NCBI RefSeq assembly: GCF_009914755.1
Contig: NC_060930.1
Origin: the human T2T-CHM13v2.0 reference genome, Homo sapiens
DNA length: 64,000 bases
Direction: 5' to 3' (one strand)
Part shown: positions 1-13,530 of the stretch, piece by piece
How positions within the stretch are numbered: position 1 is the stretch's first letter
Layout of the letters: each line of letters starts with the position of its first letter
Made by a program: the position numbers and the translations under genes
Notes under the pieces: model-generated
What the model saw: only the letters and a program-made list of their open reading frames with translations
Told to the model about the DNA's origin: nothing
Database searches by the model: none

Positions 1-489
1 TTAGAATATATTGTAAGATGAGAAAAAAGTTTACAAAACAGTATTATAATGTGGCCCAATTTTGTAAAAACCAAAATACATTTAGTAGAACAATACACTT
101 AAAATGATCCCAATTTTGTAAGATAACAGAAGGTGTACCTTGAAAGCTTATTTCTAGCAACTAGGATTATGGATTAATTATGCTTGCTTTCTTTTGCATA
201 CGTGTGTATGTGTGCAAATAGATAGCTAAATAGAAAAAAAGATAGAGTCTAAAATACACACAGAATGGCAGTTCTTGGTTAAGTTTAATATAATCTGTGG
301 TAAACCTTGAAATTCCTTAATTGTTGGTGCAGTAATATATAAATCAGGAAGGCAACTTCATAATTTGTAGCAAGGACTATTCCTTTCCAGTAACTAGAAA
401 GCCTGTGTCTGTTATCCAGGGCCCTGGTTTCCAGGTTTCCTACCTGAGAAGCCTAATTCATTATAAGCAAATAGGCTGGTAAACTCAAA

Positions 490-630
490 ATATGAATAAA
501 GGGACTATACTACCCTGAATGTCAGTTTCTTAAAAGCAGAGCTTTGTCTGCTTGCCCTGCTCTATCCTGAGTCCAGCACAGTGCCTGGCACGTAATAGGT
601 GTTCAAGAAACATTTGTTTAATGAATGTCT
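490..630 (+). mobile_element. L2 3' end fragment
   Basis: CCAGCACAGTGCCTGGCACGTAATAGGTGTTCAAGAAACATTTGTTTAATGAATG is a typical L2 terminus. Confidence 0.7.
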
Positions 631-1499
631 ATTTCATCTAGGACATGTGGAAGCCTGAAGATATCTCCCTACTTCCTCACAGAGTAGATATTCAAATGAG
701 CAGATAACTAGTGTCCCTCAGACCCAATGTCTCCCTTTCCTCGAAAAGTTTTCTCTGACAGATTCTCACACACACACATTCCTGTTAATATTAACATTGA
801 ATCAATATTCACTGAGCATTTAATACATGCCAGGCCACATGTATTATTTCATTTACTACCTATAAAGCATGTTCTATTGTTATTTTCCTGTTGTAGGTAC
901 GGAAACCTAAATGTAGATGGTGTAATTTTCCCAAGGGCACACGGCTATTAAGGTGGAACTGGGGTGTGATCATGGGAATGTCTGAAGCAAAAAAATTGTC
1001 CTTAGCCAATATGCTATATAGGATCATCTATAAGCCTCAGACAAAGATTTTATCTTAAAATGTAATGATAGGAAAAACATCTACCTCAGGAATTAGCTAG
1101 CTTTTTCCTTCTGAAAATGAGACTTAGGTAATTGAGCATTTCTCCTTTTTTTTTTTTTGGCTGCCAGGAAGCTTGGAGACAAATGTAAATATGTTGGCCC
1201 TTACAGACAATAACTTTGGGTTTTCTTTTCCTAGACCTTGACTTTTGTCTCTGTTTCCACGTCCTCTGAGCTTGATTTATATTTCTACTTCTACTTTACT
1301 TTGCTGAATTTTTGCTATAATTACCTTAAATTCTCTGGAGGATTTCAGAATAAAAGAATCATTCATTTGGTATAGAGAAATACATCATTATGTGTTGATT
1401 TTTTTGTATCTCCAATTCACGAAGCTACCACCTCACCGTAGCAACCTCTATATTGCCTAAAAAAAACAATTAACAATTTGTTCCAGGTTCATATACTGT

Positions 1500-1850
1500 A
1501 TCTTCCTTTCAAATATATTCTGTGGTTGTCTCTAAATCATATTAACTTCGAAATTGCTGAAAAGAAAATAAAGCTGATAACTTGATAGCCCAACCACAAT
1601 GTGTGGTTTGGTTTTCTTGTTTAATTTTAGACCCTACTTTTCAGTGACATCCGTTCAGACTTGAAACTTCAGTCACTTGCTGACCTTAATTCTTAGAGTA
1701 TCAGATGAAGTCAGCATTACCAAAGGGAAGTCCACCATAAAACAAATTTGCATGTGCCTGCTAACGTATAGGTGTATAATTCTACATGTATTGTTTGAAA
1801 AAAAAATGGAAAGTTTTCTGACCCACTTTAAATCAGTGTTTCAGTAAAAG
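1500..1850. promoter_or_regulatory. IL17A upstream Th17 enhancer (CNS2-equivalent)
   Basis: About 5.3 kb upstream of the TSS in non-repetitive DNA. ROREs TGACCCACTTT 1819-1829 (rc AAAGTGGGTCA) and TGACCTTAATT 1681-1691; RUNX sites at 1521-1527, 1592-1598 and 1602-1608; octamer ATTTGCAT 1746-1753. Confidence 0.8.
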
Positions 1851-4800
1851 ACTAATGATAAACTCACCTAAGGAAGAGGCTTGGTTTCCATGAGGTTAGT
1901 AGTTATTACTCAAAGGATAAATTGACATGCTCATATTATCTGCTTGATTGTAGATTTTAATGTAGGGACTGGGGAAACACTGTTGATGGTTTGCAGTTGT
2001 TTTAAGTTGATGTGATATGACACATTTTCTTTCTTGCATGGCTTGGTCTCTAACACAGCTTTCAGTCATTATCTCAGTGCTTTGAGACTAGTAAAGAGGA
2101 TGTGTTAAAGGCAAGCCCCATCTACTCAGGCGATAAAGGCACTACACGTTGTTTGGAAGTCACCAGACACAGAATGCCTTTCTATCAAACACTTCACATG
2201 AATAATGGCTGTTCAATGTTCTTTTGACCATACAGATTGGGTTTGTTTTTCACAGATGTCCAAACAGTTTTGTGATCTGGTTCCATCAGATGAAAACAGC
2301 CTGGTGTGCACTAGGTGGAGGAAACATCAAAAACCAATAGTAAAAAAAGAAAATTAGTCACTCAAAGGAGCTGCACAGATGGTCTTCATCCGGGCAAAAT
2401 GCCTACCAAGAGTTAGAATGACCAATGGTGAGGAAACAGGACCCAAATGTTGAAAAAGGATTCTGCCTGCCATCTCTCAGCACTCACCATTAACAATGAC
2501 TCTATAAAAACATCCTCATTGTTAATCATGCCTTTAATTCATCATGTCATATAAAAAGAGAATTTTCTCCAGCAGGGATTCCAACACAGGATGAAGCCTG
2601 TACTCACCCCCAAAGTGTTCTCATCCATCAGCTCACTGTTCAGGACGGCCCTCAGGAGCACAGCCATGTGGAAACAAACAAGCATTATGCTGGAGAGGAA
2701 CAATGATGCTATCAGGTTGGTACCAAGATTGATACTTCCTATTTAAGAAATCATGTTAATTATATAGGTATTAAGTTCTGGTTTTTGCAAGACAACATCG
2801 GTAACCTCAGAGATGAACTTCTAGTATGTAATAGTATTGATATCTTCAAATTCAGGGTAGATGATCTAGAGCTTGATAAACTGGGTCTAAATCTGAGTCT
2901 CAATTAAATCCTGATTTTATCAACTCCCCAAGGCCTTCCAGATGGCTCTCTATTGCAAATCTTCTCCTCTCTAAACATCACGTCTTCCTTTTAAATGTCT
3001 GTTTGACATTGCTCCTTGTGTGCTGGCCCATTTGCAAAGTATCAGCCCCTACATTTAAAATCCAAGAGAATTCTCTCCAACGACTCATTTATTCTCTCTA
3101 TATTAAGTGAAGATCAAGAGAGTAGTCTTGCCTGGTGATGTGCACAGCATTAATCAAAATGGCTCCAATCTTTTTGAACAGCCACCATCTTTTATTAACT
3201 TTAAGCAGAAACAATGGCATGATGCCTCCTCCTATACTGAGACCTTTGTTACTTTTATAAAATGGCTATAGAATATAAATTTAAAATATATTAATCTCTC
3301 AATGGTAACCTTACTACCTAAGCAAAAATTAAAATTTATTTATTTTATCTTTTAGCAAGCCTTAATTTTCCACCACACTGAGACAAAAGACTCAAAAATA
3401 CTCTCTCCAGGACACAAAAGGAAAAATTTTTCTTTCCATCCCTTACATTATTCTCTATTGCAAGTAGAAAGAAATACTGTTTAATGGCCTAATAATTTCA
3501 AGGAGCCTTGAAAATCATTTCTCTAAATCAAGAAGGGCAGAAACATTTTACCACTATCATCCCTTCAAATGCATGTTTGTCTCCTGGAAATCTTTCCCTG
3601 TCTCCAGTTGCATACTTGCCCCCACCCATTGAAGCTCTGAACTCACAACATGCAGTTCCCCATTGCTTATGGTGATCTGTTTCAAGCCCTCAGAGAAGCA
3701 AGATTGATAAACCTGGAAGACAATCACTAACAAAATAATCATCCCTAATTTACTACTCCCATTTGTTCTTTACTATATTCATCTCCAGAAAATCATAGAT
3801 GATCAAAAGATTACCTGGTGCAAAACTCATTTTATAAGACAGGAAACTAAGCCTCAAAGAGGTGAGGTACCCAAGGGCATGGGTAGTTAGTGGCAGATTC
3901 ACAGTGAAAACAAAGGTGTCCTCTCATTCAGTGTTCTAGGCACTCTAATGCCCAGTCCAGCATGCACTCCACCTCAACGGTCTCGGATTGAAACCTGAGT
4001 CAGCTGGCTCTGCAGACAAATGCAGAGGAAGAGCCCTGCCCACTGTGAACACACTCTTACACTTCCAGCTGCTCCTCCAGGAGCCACAGGCTTCCAGCTC
4101 AAGCAAACGTCTGGGAAATCAGCCATACTCAAGGCTGCACACACCCAGCTCCAACCACCATGTCAAAATGATCCTTTTAACACTTCTGTGAAAACCCATT
4201 TTGTTTCCCCATTTTATTTTAAAGCATTTCAAAGCATAGCACACAGGCTGAATTACATAGGCACAGGAGGCAAGACTAGGGAAAACAGCTAGAGTCAGCT
4301 TCTCCCCCTGCAACTTCAATCAAAATAGTTCACAGTAAGCACATTCTCCCCTCCTTCTTCCTTGCCAGAAAGCAACAACAAGGAATCCTCCACTCCAGGG
4401 TGATCCTGAATAGGCTATAGCCTCATCACACTAAGTTCAAAAGGATCAGAATGCAGAGCCAAGGCACTAGACAACTCAGTAGGGTTATTGAGATGCAGGT
4501 AGGTTCTAAGAAGAATATAGAAAATTCTGAACTTCTCAAATAACATTACTCATACTGTCAATTAATCAAAATGTTGAACAGCTATTACTTACTAGACACT
4601 ATGCTAAGTGCTACAAAGACCAATAAGACTACTTGTCTTCAGGTAGCTTGTAGTCTAGCAAGAAATGAGCTACAAAGAAAACAAGAAAGTCAGTATGTAA
4701 ATGAATGGCATGCAATACACTAGAAATATGCATGAACAGCCCTGTATCAGAGAAGAACAAGCAACACAAAAGCAGTCTGTGAAGACCCATGTTGTATAAA

Positions 4801-6639
4801 GGGCCACATTAGGCACCATAGGAGTCACAAAGTTGAAGAACATACTAGCCTTGAAGGCTGACAGTAAAATCTAAACATGGAAATAAACACATATCTTACC
4901 CATAGCTTTTAAAGCCAAATGAAACACATTACAAAATGAAAGAAAAGTTACTAGAGAGGTAGGTGTAAGCTACATGTGATGGATGGAACTATTTATTTCA
5001 ACTGAGGTAATCAGGCCAGACCTGTGAGATACATTTAAACAGGATTTTGAAGGACAAGTAGCATTTTGATAACCTGAGGATGGGGAAGGGCATTTCAGAA
5101 ACAATACCTTAACAAAGGGTGGGTAAGCTTTGAAAGAAGGCCTGGAGAAAAATCAGGACCCCATCATCCCAGGTCCTGGAGCATGGTGGGGGGTAAGGCT
5201 AGAAAGGAAGTTGTACGAACTCAAATATTAATTCAAATGCTAAGAGGCTTACCCTTCATTCTGTATGCAAGCTAATGGCAGAAGAAAAGGCACAATTAGA
5301 GCCATGCTTTGAGAATCATTATTGAAAGCATGTCGAAGATGGTCTGAAGGAAGCAATTGGGAAAAGCAAGCATAGCTCATCCAAGTGGGTGAGAGTGTGA
5401 GTTAGAGGAAGCTTGGAAATTGGTGATGTGAGAGATGCTGCAGCTTCTGGGATTGCTGCCTGGTCGTGTGTAGAGGAGGGGCAGTAGGGCTCATTCTGAA
5501 TCTTGTCTTGAAAAGCACATAGATAGTGATGCCAAAACCAGGACTACGGAAATCACTTGAAGCTGTATCCTACCTCCTCCTCCATCTGTATCTGCTTCAC
5601 CTATCAAGGATATCTACTATTGCCACTAAAATTCAGGTGCTTATGGCCTCCCTCATTCATCAGCCAGGGTTTATCTGGCCAGGAAAGAGAAGCCCCTTCA
5701 GGCATTTGCAACAGAGGGAGTTTAAGTCAGAGAACTAGTCACCCTGGTAGTTGAGATTGCCATCAGCAAGAAGCTGTTACCATTTGAAGGCTGCAGGGAC
5801 AAAGGGAGTGAGCAGTCCTCTGGGAGACTGAGGAAGGAAGCTCCTGGCTTCTCCCCACTTTCCACTTTCCACTTCCCACTTTTACTCATCTGTCCTCCAA
5901 TTCCCTTTTGGCTGAGCCTAGCTGAAACCCAGCTGACAGGGGAGTTTGAGCAAGCAGCCTCCAGGGTCAGCCCTCTGAGTTACAGGTAGAGCAGGACAGG
6001 GAGGAATGGATCTCAGGACAAACAGGTTCAGGATCCGGCAAACTAATTTTACACTCCAGCCATTGAGTTGGAACTACTGGCCAGCCTCCCCCGAGTTAGC
6101 ATGTAGAATATGGGATACCAGCTGAGTGCCTGAGAGTTATCATTCACCTCAGTGGGGGTAGGGGCGGAGAAGGGTGACATATAGCCAGCCACATCTATAT
6201 CCACTGGCCCTTCCTTGTCCTAGTCCTCTGTATTCCTGAGAAGGAACTATTCTCAAGGACCTGAGTCCAAGTTCATCTTACTTAGAGTACAGAGAAAAGA
6301 ACCGCTAACTCCTTCTCTCTTTCCCCCATCATGTCTCCTCTCCTTTCTAGTTCTCATCACTCTCTACTCCCCCCTGCCCCCCTTTTCTCCATCTCCATCA
6401 CCTTTGTCCAGTCTCTATCCCCATTTTCAATTCCTTCCTCAAAACACCAAGTTGCTTGGTAGCATGCAGGGTTGGAACATGCCTTTAACAGAAAATCTCG
6501 TGTCTCTTGAACCTAGTTATTTATTCCTTGAGCAGAGTAGATATTCAACAAAAGAATTGTTAAATTCAATTAAATAGGATATATCTTATTATTAAATATT
6601 TTTTTCATTTTTTGTTTACTTATATGATGGGAACTTGAG

Positions 6640-7131
6640 TAGTTTCCGGAATTGTCTCCACAACACCTGGCCAAGGAATCTGTGAGGGAAAGAAAGATCA
6701 AATGGAAAATCAAGGTACATGACACCAGAAGACCTACATGTTACTTCAAACTTTTTCTTCCTCATGAACCATTAAAATAGAGCATAACTCTTCTGGCAGC
6801 TGTACATATGTTCATAAATACATGATATTGACCCATAGCATAGCAGCTCTGCTCAGCTTCTAACAAGTAAGAATGAAAAGAGGACATGGTCTTTAGGAAC
6901 ATGAATTTCTGCCCTTCCCATTTTCCTTCAGAAGAAGAGATTCTTCTATGACCTCATTGGGGGCGGAAATTTTAACCAAAATGGTGTCACCCCTGAACCC
7001 ACTGCGACACGCCACGTAAGTGACCACAGAAGGAGAAAAGCCCTATAAAAAGAGAGACGATAGCGCTACATTTTGTCCATCTCATAGCAGGCACAAACTC
7101 ATCCATCCCCAGTTGATTGGAAGAAACAACG
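6640..7131 (+). promoter_or_regulatory. IL17A: IL17A proximal promoter and 5'UTR
   Basis: TATAAAA 7044-7050; RUNX ACCACA 7023-7028; RORE-like TGACCTCATT 6949-6958 (rc AATGAGGTCA); GC box ~6959-6966; NFAT-like TTTTCC 6921-6926; STAT-like TTTCCGGAA 6643-6651. TSS expected ~7070-7090. Confidence 0.85.
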
Positions 7132-7158
7132 ATGACTCCTGGGAAGACCTCATTGGTG
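7132..7158 (+). CDS. IL17A: Interleukin-17A coding exon 1 (MTPGKTSLV, start of signal peptide)
   Basis: ATG at 7132 reads ATG ACT CCT GGG AAG ACC TCA TTG GTG, followed by the donor GTGAGT at 7159. Matches the IL-17A N-terminus; phase-0 intron. Confidence 0.98.
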
Positions 7159-8302
7159 GTGAGTCCTGCACTAACGTGCGATGCTCTTGCTGATTTGGAC
7201 CAGATAGTATTTCTGGACCGTGGGCATGAAACGCTGGGTTCTGACTATGGAGATCCAGGAATACTGTATATGTAGGATAGGAAATGAAAGCTTTGGTAGG
7301 TATTTAAGTCATTGTGCAGCATTTTCAAGAACTGATACACAGCAGTTTGAAAGATAAGATTAAAACTGAAAGATAGCTATATTGGGGCTAAACCACACAA
7401 GAAGTGTCACATGATGCTGTGCAGTAAGAAAGAAAATTTATTGAAAGTCTGTTTTTCTGAGTACAAAGGATTTAATATAATTCTCCCACGGCATTTTTCT
7501 TTAAAATGGGTCACTATCCTTGAGATTTTGAAAGCCGTAGCAGCAACAACCTTTGTTTCCATTATCTCGTACCATATTCTCAGTACATTGAAACTATGTA
7601 TTCTAACTAAACATAGGTATAACTGTGTTTTAGAATAAGTGGGGTTTATATTTTTTAAATATTTAACTTCAAGTATCTTTTTTGAAATCTGATTTTATTA
7701 CAGAATCAATACATGTTAAATTTAGAACAACTGGAAAATATACCTAAGAAAACATGAAGGAGATCGAGTTTTTAGTTGGATGCCTGCCAGTAGCACCAAC
7801 AGCACTTCTAGCATGAATATTGATACCACATAGATTTTCTATAGCTCTTTCTTCCAATTTGAATGTTTGACTTCACGATGAGTTTCACAGAATATGGGAC
7901 TGAGAACAATGGTGCAGGAGGATATTTCTACCTAGAAAATCAAGGTTATTATTCCTTCCCAGACCTGACAATGATGCATGTGCTGATAGGCTAATGACAT
8001 GCCATGACTTGACATTTTTATTAAAATTATTGCCAACCAATGGATAACATGTCTTTCCTAAGTCAAAAGGAGAATGTTGAAACTAGTTTTTTTAAAAAAA
8101 TTTTAAAGCCATGGTGTTAACATTATGTTGGTCATCTACCTAGATTTTTCTCTAGCTGATCTGAAAAATGTAGTATAGATTGTCCTGGAACATTGTGTGT
8201 TCTCTATGATTAGCAATGCATCATCATCACAATTAATTTGTCAAAAAGAACCACATAGTAATCTAATCTCCAACCTCTCTCTCCTTTCCCATTCAATTCT
8301 AG

Positions 8303-8505
8303 TCACTGCTACTGCTGCTGAGCCTGGAGGCCATAGTGAAGGCAGGAATCACAATCCCACGAAATCCAGGATGCCCAAATTCTGAGGACAAGAACTTCCC
8401 CCGGACTGTGATGGTCAACCTGAACATCCATAACCGGAATACCAATACCAATCCCAAAAGGTCCTCAGATTACTACAACCGATCCACCTCACCTTGGAAT
8501 CTCCA
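8303..8505 (+). CDS. IL17A: Interleukin-17A coding exon 2 ([36 protein letters not shown]...STSPWNL)
   Basis: Polypyrimidine tract and AG at 8301-8302; 203 nt; donor GTACGT at 8506. Translation is in ORF 8336..8572; phase-2 intron. Confidence 0.98.
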
Positions 8506-9630
8506 GTACGTAAAGCTTCCAGATAAAAATGCTATATTCTTCATCCCTCTTATGCATCAGACTGCCAGTTAAATCTCCCTGAGGATGATTTTATTCATTT
8601 AGAATTACCAGTCAAACCTGGAAGGACCACTGTGAAGAGCAATTCTCAAACTTTCTACAGATTTCTTTAACCAAGCACAGGACAGCCTCCAATAATCCCT
8701 ATCCTGTTAGATCTAATTGTCACTGACACCAATAATCAACCCAAATTAATTATAATCATTATTCTAATATTTATGAGACCCCAAGTCTATTCTTTATTTA
8801 TTCAAAGAATAGACATTTATCAAAGAGGATTAATGCTTTTATTATCTTAACCAGAGCTGCCATTGAGAAGATTTATTGCAAATAATTAATAATTAGGGTT
8901 TTTTACTTTTATTCTTTTGCTTATTTTTGTTTTTGAATCCCAGTGGAATAAGTATCACTGGGGTATTTCTACCCCTTTGTGTGTTAAATAGTCTTGATCT
9001 ACTTCCTAACATACCTATGCTTGCTGTATCCTTAGTATACCCAGTATTTAGACCCCATCAAGGGTTAAATACCAAATGTATTTTGATCATTTGACTTCAT
9101 ACAAATAAGTCTCTGTTCTGTGGAGCCTACAGATTGGTCTGATTGTAGGATTTCTTCTCTTCTTCCCATTACTAGGAAGAGTCAAAATAAATCAATTCAA
9201 AAATGCAAGCAAATCATTCACTGATCTAAAAGAGAGAGGGAAGAGAAGGTCATAGAGACACTTAACCTTTTGTTTCCAGCCCTTTATCTCAGCTCTGGGC
9301 TCTGTCCCACGAATGTGATCTCAGATAAAATTTTGATGTATTCCCTCTTCAAAGACAGACTTCATCAAGTCAAATAAACAGCTATCTTATTCTAGATGGT
9401 TCCAAGTCTACTCTTCCTTTGGTCTTCTTCTGTCTGTCAAATGTACCCTAAAAAAGCTATCATTTGTGTCAAACTTATTTTTTCTGTGGCCTCAGCCTAT
9501 CTTATTTTATTCATTCTTCAAATAAATTGGAGAAAAACTGATCACTGTCTTCTTTTCTATAACAATTCACGTGCTTGAAAAAAAAATCCAATTTGTCCCC
9601 AAAGTTCTTCTTCAAACTAACATCATTTAA

Positions 9631-9990
<360 letters not shown>

Positions 9991-11340
9991 GAGCTCTGGG
10001 GAGCCCACACTCCCCAAAGCAGTTAGACTATGGAGAGCCGACCCAGCCCCTCAGGAACCCTCATCCTTCAAAGACAGCCTCATTTCGGACTAAACTCATT
10101 AGAGTTCTTAAGGCAGTTTGTCCAATTAAAGCTTCAGAGGTAACACTTAGCCAAGATATGAGATCTGAATTACCTTTCCCTCTTTCCAAGAAGGAAGGTT
10201 TGACTGAGTACCAATTTGCTTCTTGTTTACTTTTTTAAGGGCTTTAAGTTATTTATGTATTTAATATGCCCTGAGATAACTTTGGGGTATAAGATTCCAT
10301 TTTAATGAATTACCTACTTTATTTTGTTTGTCTTTTTAAAGAAGATAAGATTCTGGGCTTGGGAATTTTATTATTTAAAAGGTAAAACCTGTATTTATTT
10401 GAGCTATTTAAGGATCTATTTATGTTTAAGTATTTAGAAAAAGGTGAAAAAGCACTATTATCAGTTCTGCCTAGGTAAATGTAAGATAGAATTAAATGGC
10501 AGTGCAAAATTTCTGAGTCTTTACAACATACGGATATAGTATTTCCTCCTCTTTGTTTTTAAAAGTTATAACATGGCTGAAAAGAAAGATTAAACCTACT
10601 TTCATATGTATTAATTTAAATTTTGCAATTTGTTGAGGTTTTACAAGAGATACAGCAAGTCTAACTCTCTGTTCCATTAAACCCTTATAATAAAATCCTT
10701 CTGTAATAATAAAGTTTCAAAAGAAAATGTTTATTTGTTCTCATTAAATGTATTTTAGCAAACTCAGCTCTTCCCTATTGGGAAGAGTTATGCAAATTCT
10801 CCTATAAGCAAAACAAAGCATGTCTTTGAGTAACAATGACCTGGAAATACCCAAAATTCCAAGTTCTCGATTTCACATGCCTTCAAGACTGAACACCGAC
10901 TAAGGTTTTCATACTATTAGCCAATGCTGTAGACAGAAGCATTTTGATAGGAATAGAGCAAATAAGATAATGGCCCTGAGGAATGGCATGTCATTATTAA
11001 AGATCATATGGGGAAAATGAAACCCTCCCCAAAATACAAGAAGTTCTGGGAGGAGACATTGTCTTCAGACTACAATGTCCAGTTTCTCCCCTAGACTCAG
11101 GCTTCCTTTGGAGATTAAGGCCCCTCAGAGATCAACAGACCAACATTTTTCTCTTCCTCAAGCAACACTCCTAGGGCCTGGCTTCTGTCTGATCAAGGCA
11201 CCACACAACCCAGAAAGGAGCTGATGGGGCAGAACGAACTTTAAGTATGAGAAAAGTTCAGCCCAAGTAAAATAAAAACTCAATCACATTCAATTCCAGA
11301 GTAGTTTCAAGTTTCACATCGTAACCATTTTCGCCCCCAT
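9991..11340 (+). other. IL17A: IL17A 3'UTR with AU-rich elements and alternative poly(A) signals
   Basis: Many ATTTA pentamers at ~10250-10440; AATAAA at 10689, 10708 and 11271. The 3' end is approximate. Confidence 0.85.
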
Positions 11341-11782
11341 GGCCCATGTGCTGTCTTGCCCTACTTCTGAAGGCCTCTAGATATTCTCAGGCCACTCTGC
11401 AGGCTCCCTGCTTCTTGAAAGACCTTCCTCTTCACTCCATCCTGCTCCATCCAGTGTGCTCCAGCCCACCCAGAGGCCCATGGCTTTTCTAGGCTTCTTT
11501 CCCTATTCCAAATCCAGGGGTTGGCCTCTCCAGCCACCTCCTCTCAGTCATTTTGTGCTCACATCTTGATTCCTGTGACCATCCCTGTCACCATTTTCCT
11601 ACAGGAAATCCCCAGGCAGCTTCCAGGGACAGTTCCTCACAGCCTTTACGCTTTCAAGCTTCTCACTAAAAACCTGCTGCTCGTTTTCAAGCTTTCTCTG
11701 AACGGTGATGATGAAAAGAAAAAATTGTTTTTGTTTTTGTTTTTGTTGGGAGAGGGAGTTGTAAAGGATGTATATGTCTATA

Positions 11783-11826
11783 TGTGTGTGTGTGTGTGTG
11801 TCTGTGTGTGTGTGTGTGTGTGTGTG
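11783..11826. repeat. (TG)n microsatellite with one TC interruption
   Basis: Direct read; about 22 dinucleotide units. Confidence 0.95.
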
Positions 11827-13235
11827 GTCCTGAACCATTATTTCCCACTAGATTTTGGGTGGGGGGTATGCGGATGGGAAGAGGCAGTTGCTTTCCATGT
11901 ACTCCTCCCCTGATACACTTTGCTTTTATTCTCTCTTCATTTTCCCCAGTTAGCACTACCATGTACCTAGTCATCCAAGCTAGAAATCTATGTGGCTTCC
12001 CTGAATCTTTTTCCTTCTTCCTCTCCCTCATTCCTAACATCCACATATCACCAAATACTATATTCTCACTTCCAAAAGTTCTCCAAGGAACCCCCACCTC
12101 CCCACCAATACCATACTACCCAGGTTCAGGACTGCATCTATTCTCATTTCTCTCCTCCATGATTGCTACAACCTTCCACCTGTTCTTGCTGCCATTGTTC
12201 CCTTCTCTCAATCCATCCTCCGACCTGTACCTATGACACAAATTCAAATATAACAAAAAGCGCCCCCCAGCAATCTGGCCTTGCTCCCTCTCCTGTTCTA
12301 TCCCAGGGTGCTTCATCCTTGACGTTTTACCCTCGAGTCGTGGTGAAGTTGTTGCAGAGACCACCATGCTATTGGCCTTGATGCCTATGCTATGTGGTCC
12401 CTTCTGCGTGAATGCCCTTGCCACCCTCCCCCTGCTATCCCTCCAGTCACACGCTGCCCTCCCCACTCTCCCCCATTTCTATGGCTCTACTCACATATTA
12501 AAACTTTCTTTAGGTCTCATCTTCTCTAAGGAGACTCCTGGACCCATCACTGCCTGTTATCCTAGATTAGGTCCCTCTCTTTCTTACGGGCTCCAAAAGC
12601 ACTGTGCAGATCCTTTATCACTGACCTTACATACTATATCAGCTTTACCTATTTAGCCAGTTTGTGGTTCCTCAAGAGCAGAAACATCAGCACCTGACAT
12701 GGCAGGTAGTAGACAGTCAATACTCAGCTGAACTTTGAACCAATAGTCCACAGACACCTCAAAATCAACAGAGACAAAACTAAGCTCGCTAGCTTTACTG
12801 CCAAACTGGCTCCTCCTACTGCTTTTTTATCTACTGGAATGGCATCATCTACTCATCTGAGCAAGAAACCTAGCTTTCTCTCCATCCCTCATTCCCCTCC
12901 TCCAGTCAGTGACCATCTCTTCATCAATGTCTCACATGTCCTCCCCTTCCTTGCTAACTCCAAGTTTGCTATTACAGTTGCATTATATTATGACACTAAC
13001 TGGCCTCTCTGCCTTGCTTCTTATATTTAATAATTCGGTATCTCTCAAACTTGTAGGGGAGTCTAGTCAGAGTAGGTAATTAATAGCTTCTGCAACAGAC
13101 AAAGTTCAAATAAACAAAGGTTTGTTTCTTGTGCATGTTACAATCCAACAGGATCATTAGGGAGCTTTGCTCTACTTGGCCACTGAGAGACCCAGGCTGA
13201 CACAGAGGTTCTGACTTCTACAACACCATCTAGCA

Positions 13236-13530
13236 CTGCAATGTCTAACACAGTAGCCACGAGGCATTTGTAACTATTGAGCGCTTGGAATGTGGCTAGT
13301 CCCAGTTGAGTTGTGTTATAAGTGTAAAATGCATACTAGATTTAAAATACTTAAGTTTTTTTAATGTAAAATATCTTTTGTTACTTTTTATATTGATAAA
13401 TGTTAAAATGTATTTGGTTAAACATATTAAATTTATTAAAAATTCATCTATTTCTCTTTACTTTTTTAAATGTGCTTACAATAAATATATAATTAAAATG
13501 TGGCTTAGCATTGTATTTCTGATGGACATA
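13236..13530 (-). mobile_element. MER33-like hAT-Charlie DNA transposon, within an old MaLR (MLT1) fragment
   Basis: GTAGCCAC...ATTGAGCGCTTGGAATGTGGCTAGTCC...GTGTAAAATGCATAC...TGGACA matches the recalled MER33 consensus in reverse. Confidence 0.7.

Noticed and set aside
1-1500. MIR206/MIR133B cluster known near IL17A
   Set aside because: Mature miRNA sequences are not seen; the cluster lies further upstream than this window.
12257-12275. GCGCCCCCCAGCAA as a CTCF site
   Set aside because: Only the GGGGGCGC half matches; there are about four mismatches in the CCASYA half.
11521-12656. Cluster of 100-150 aa ORFs downstream of IL17A
   Set aside because: Driven by the (TG)n repeat and pyrimidine-rich L2-like sequence; low-complexity translations.
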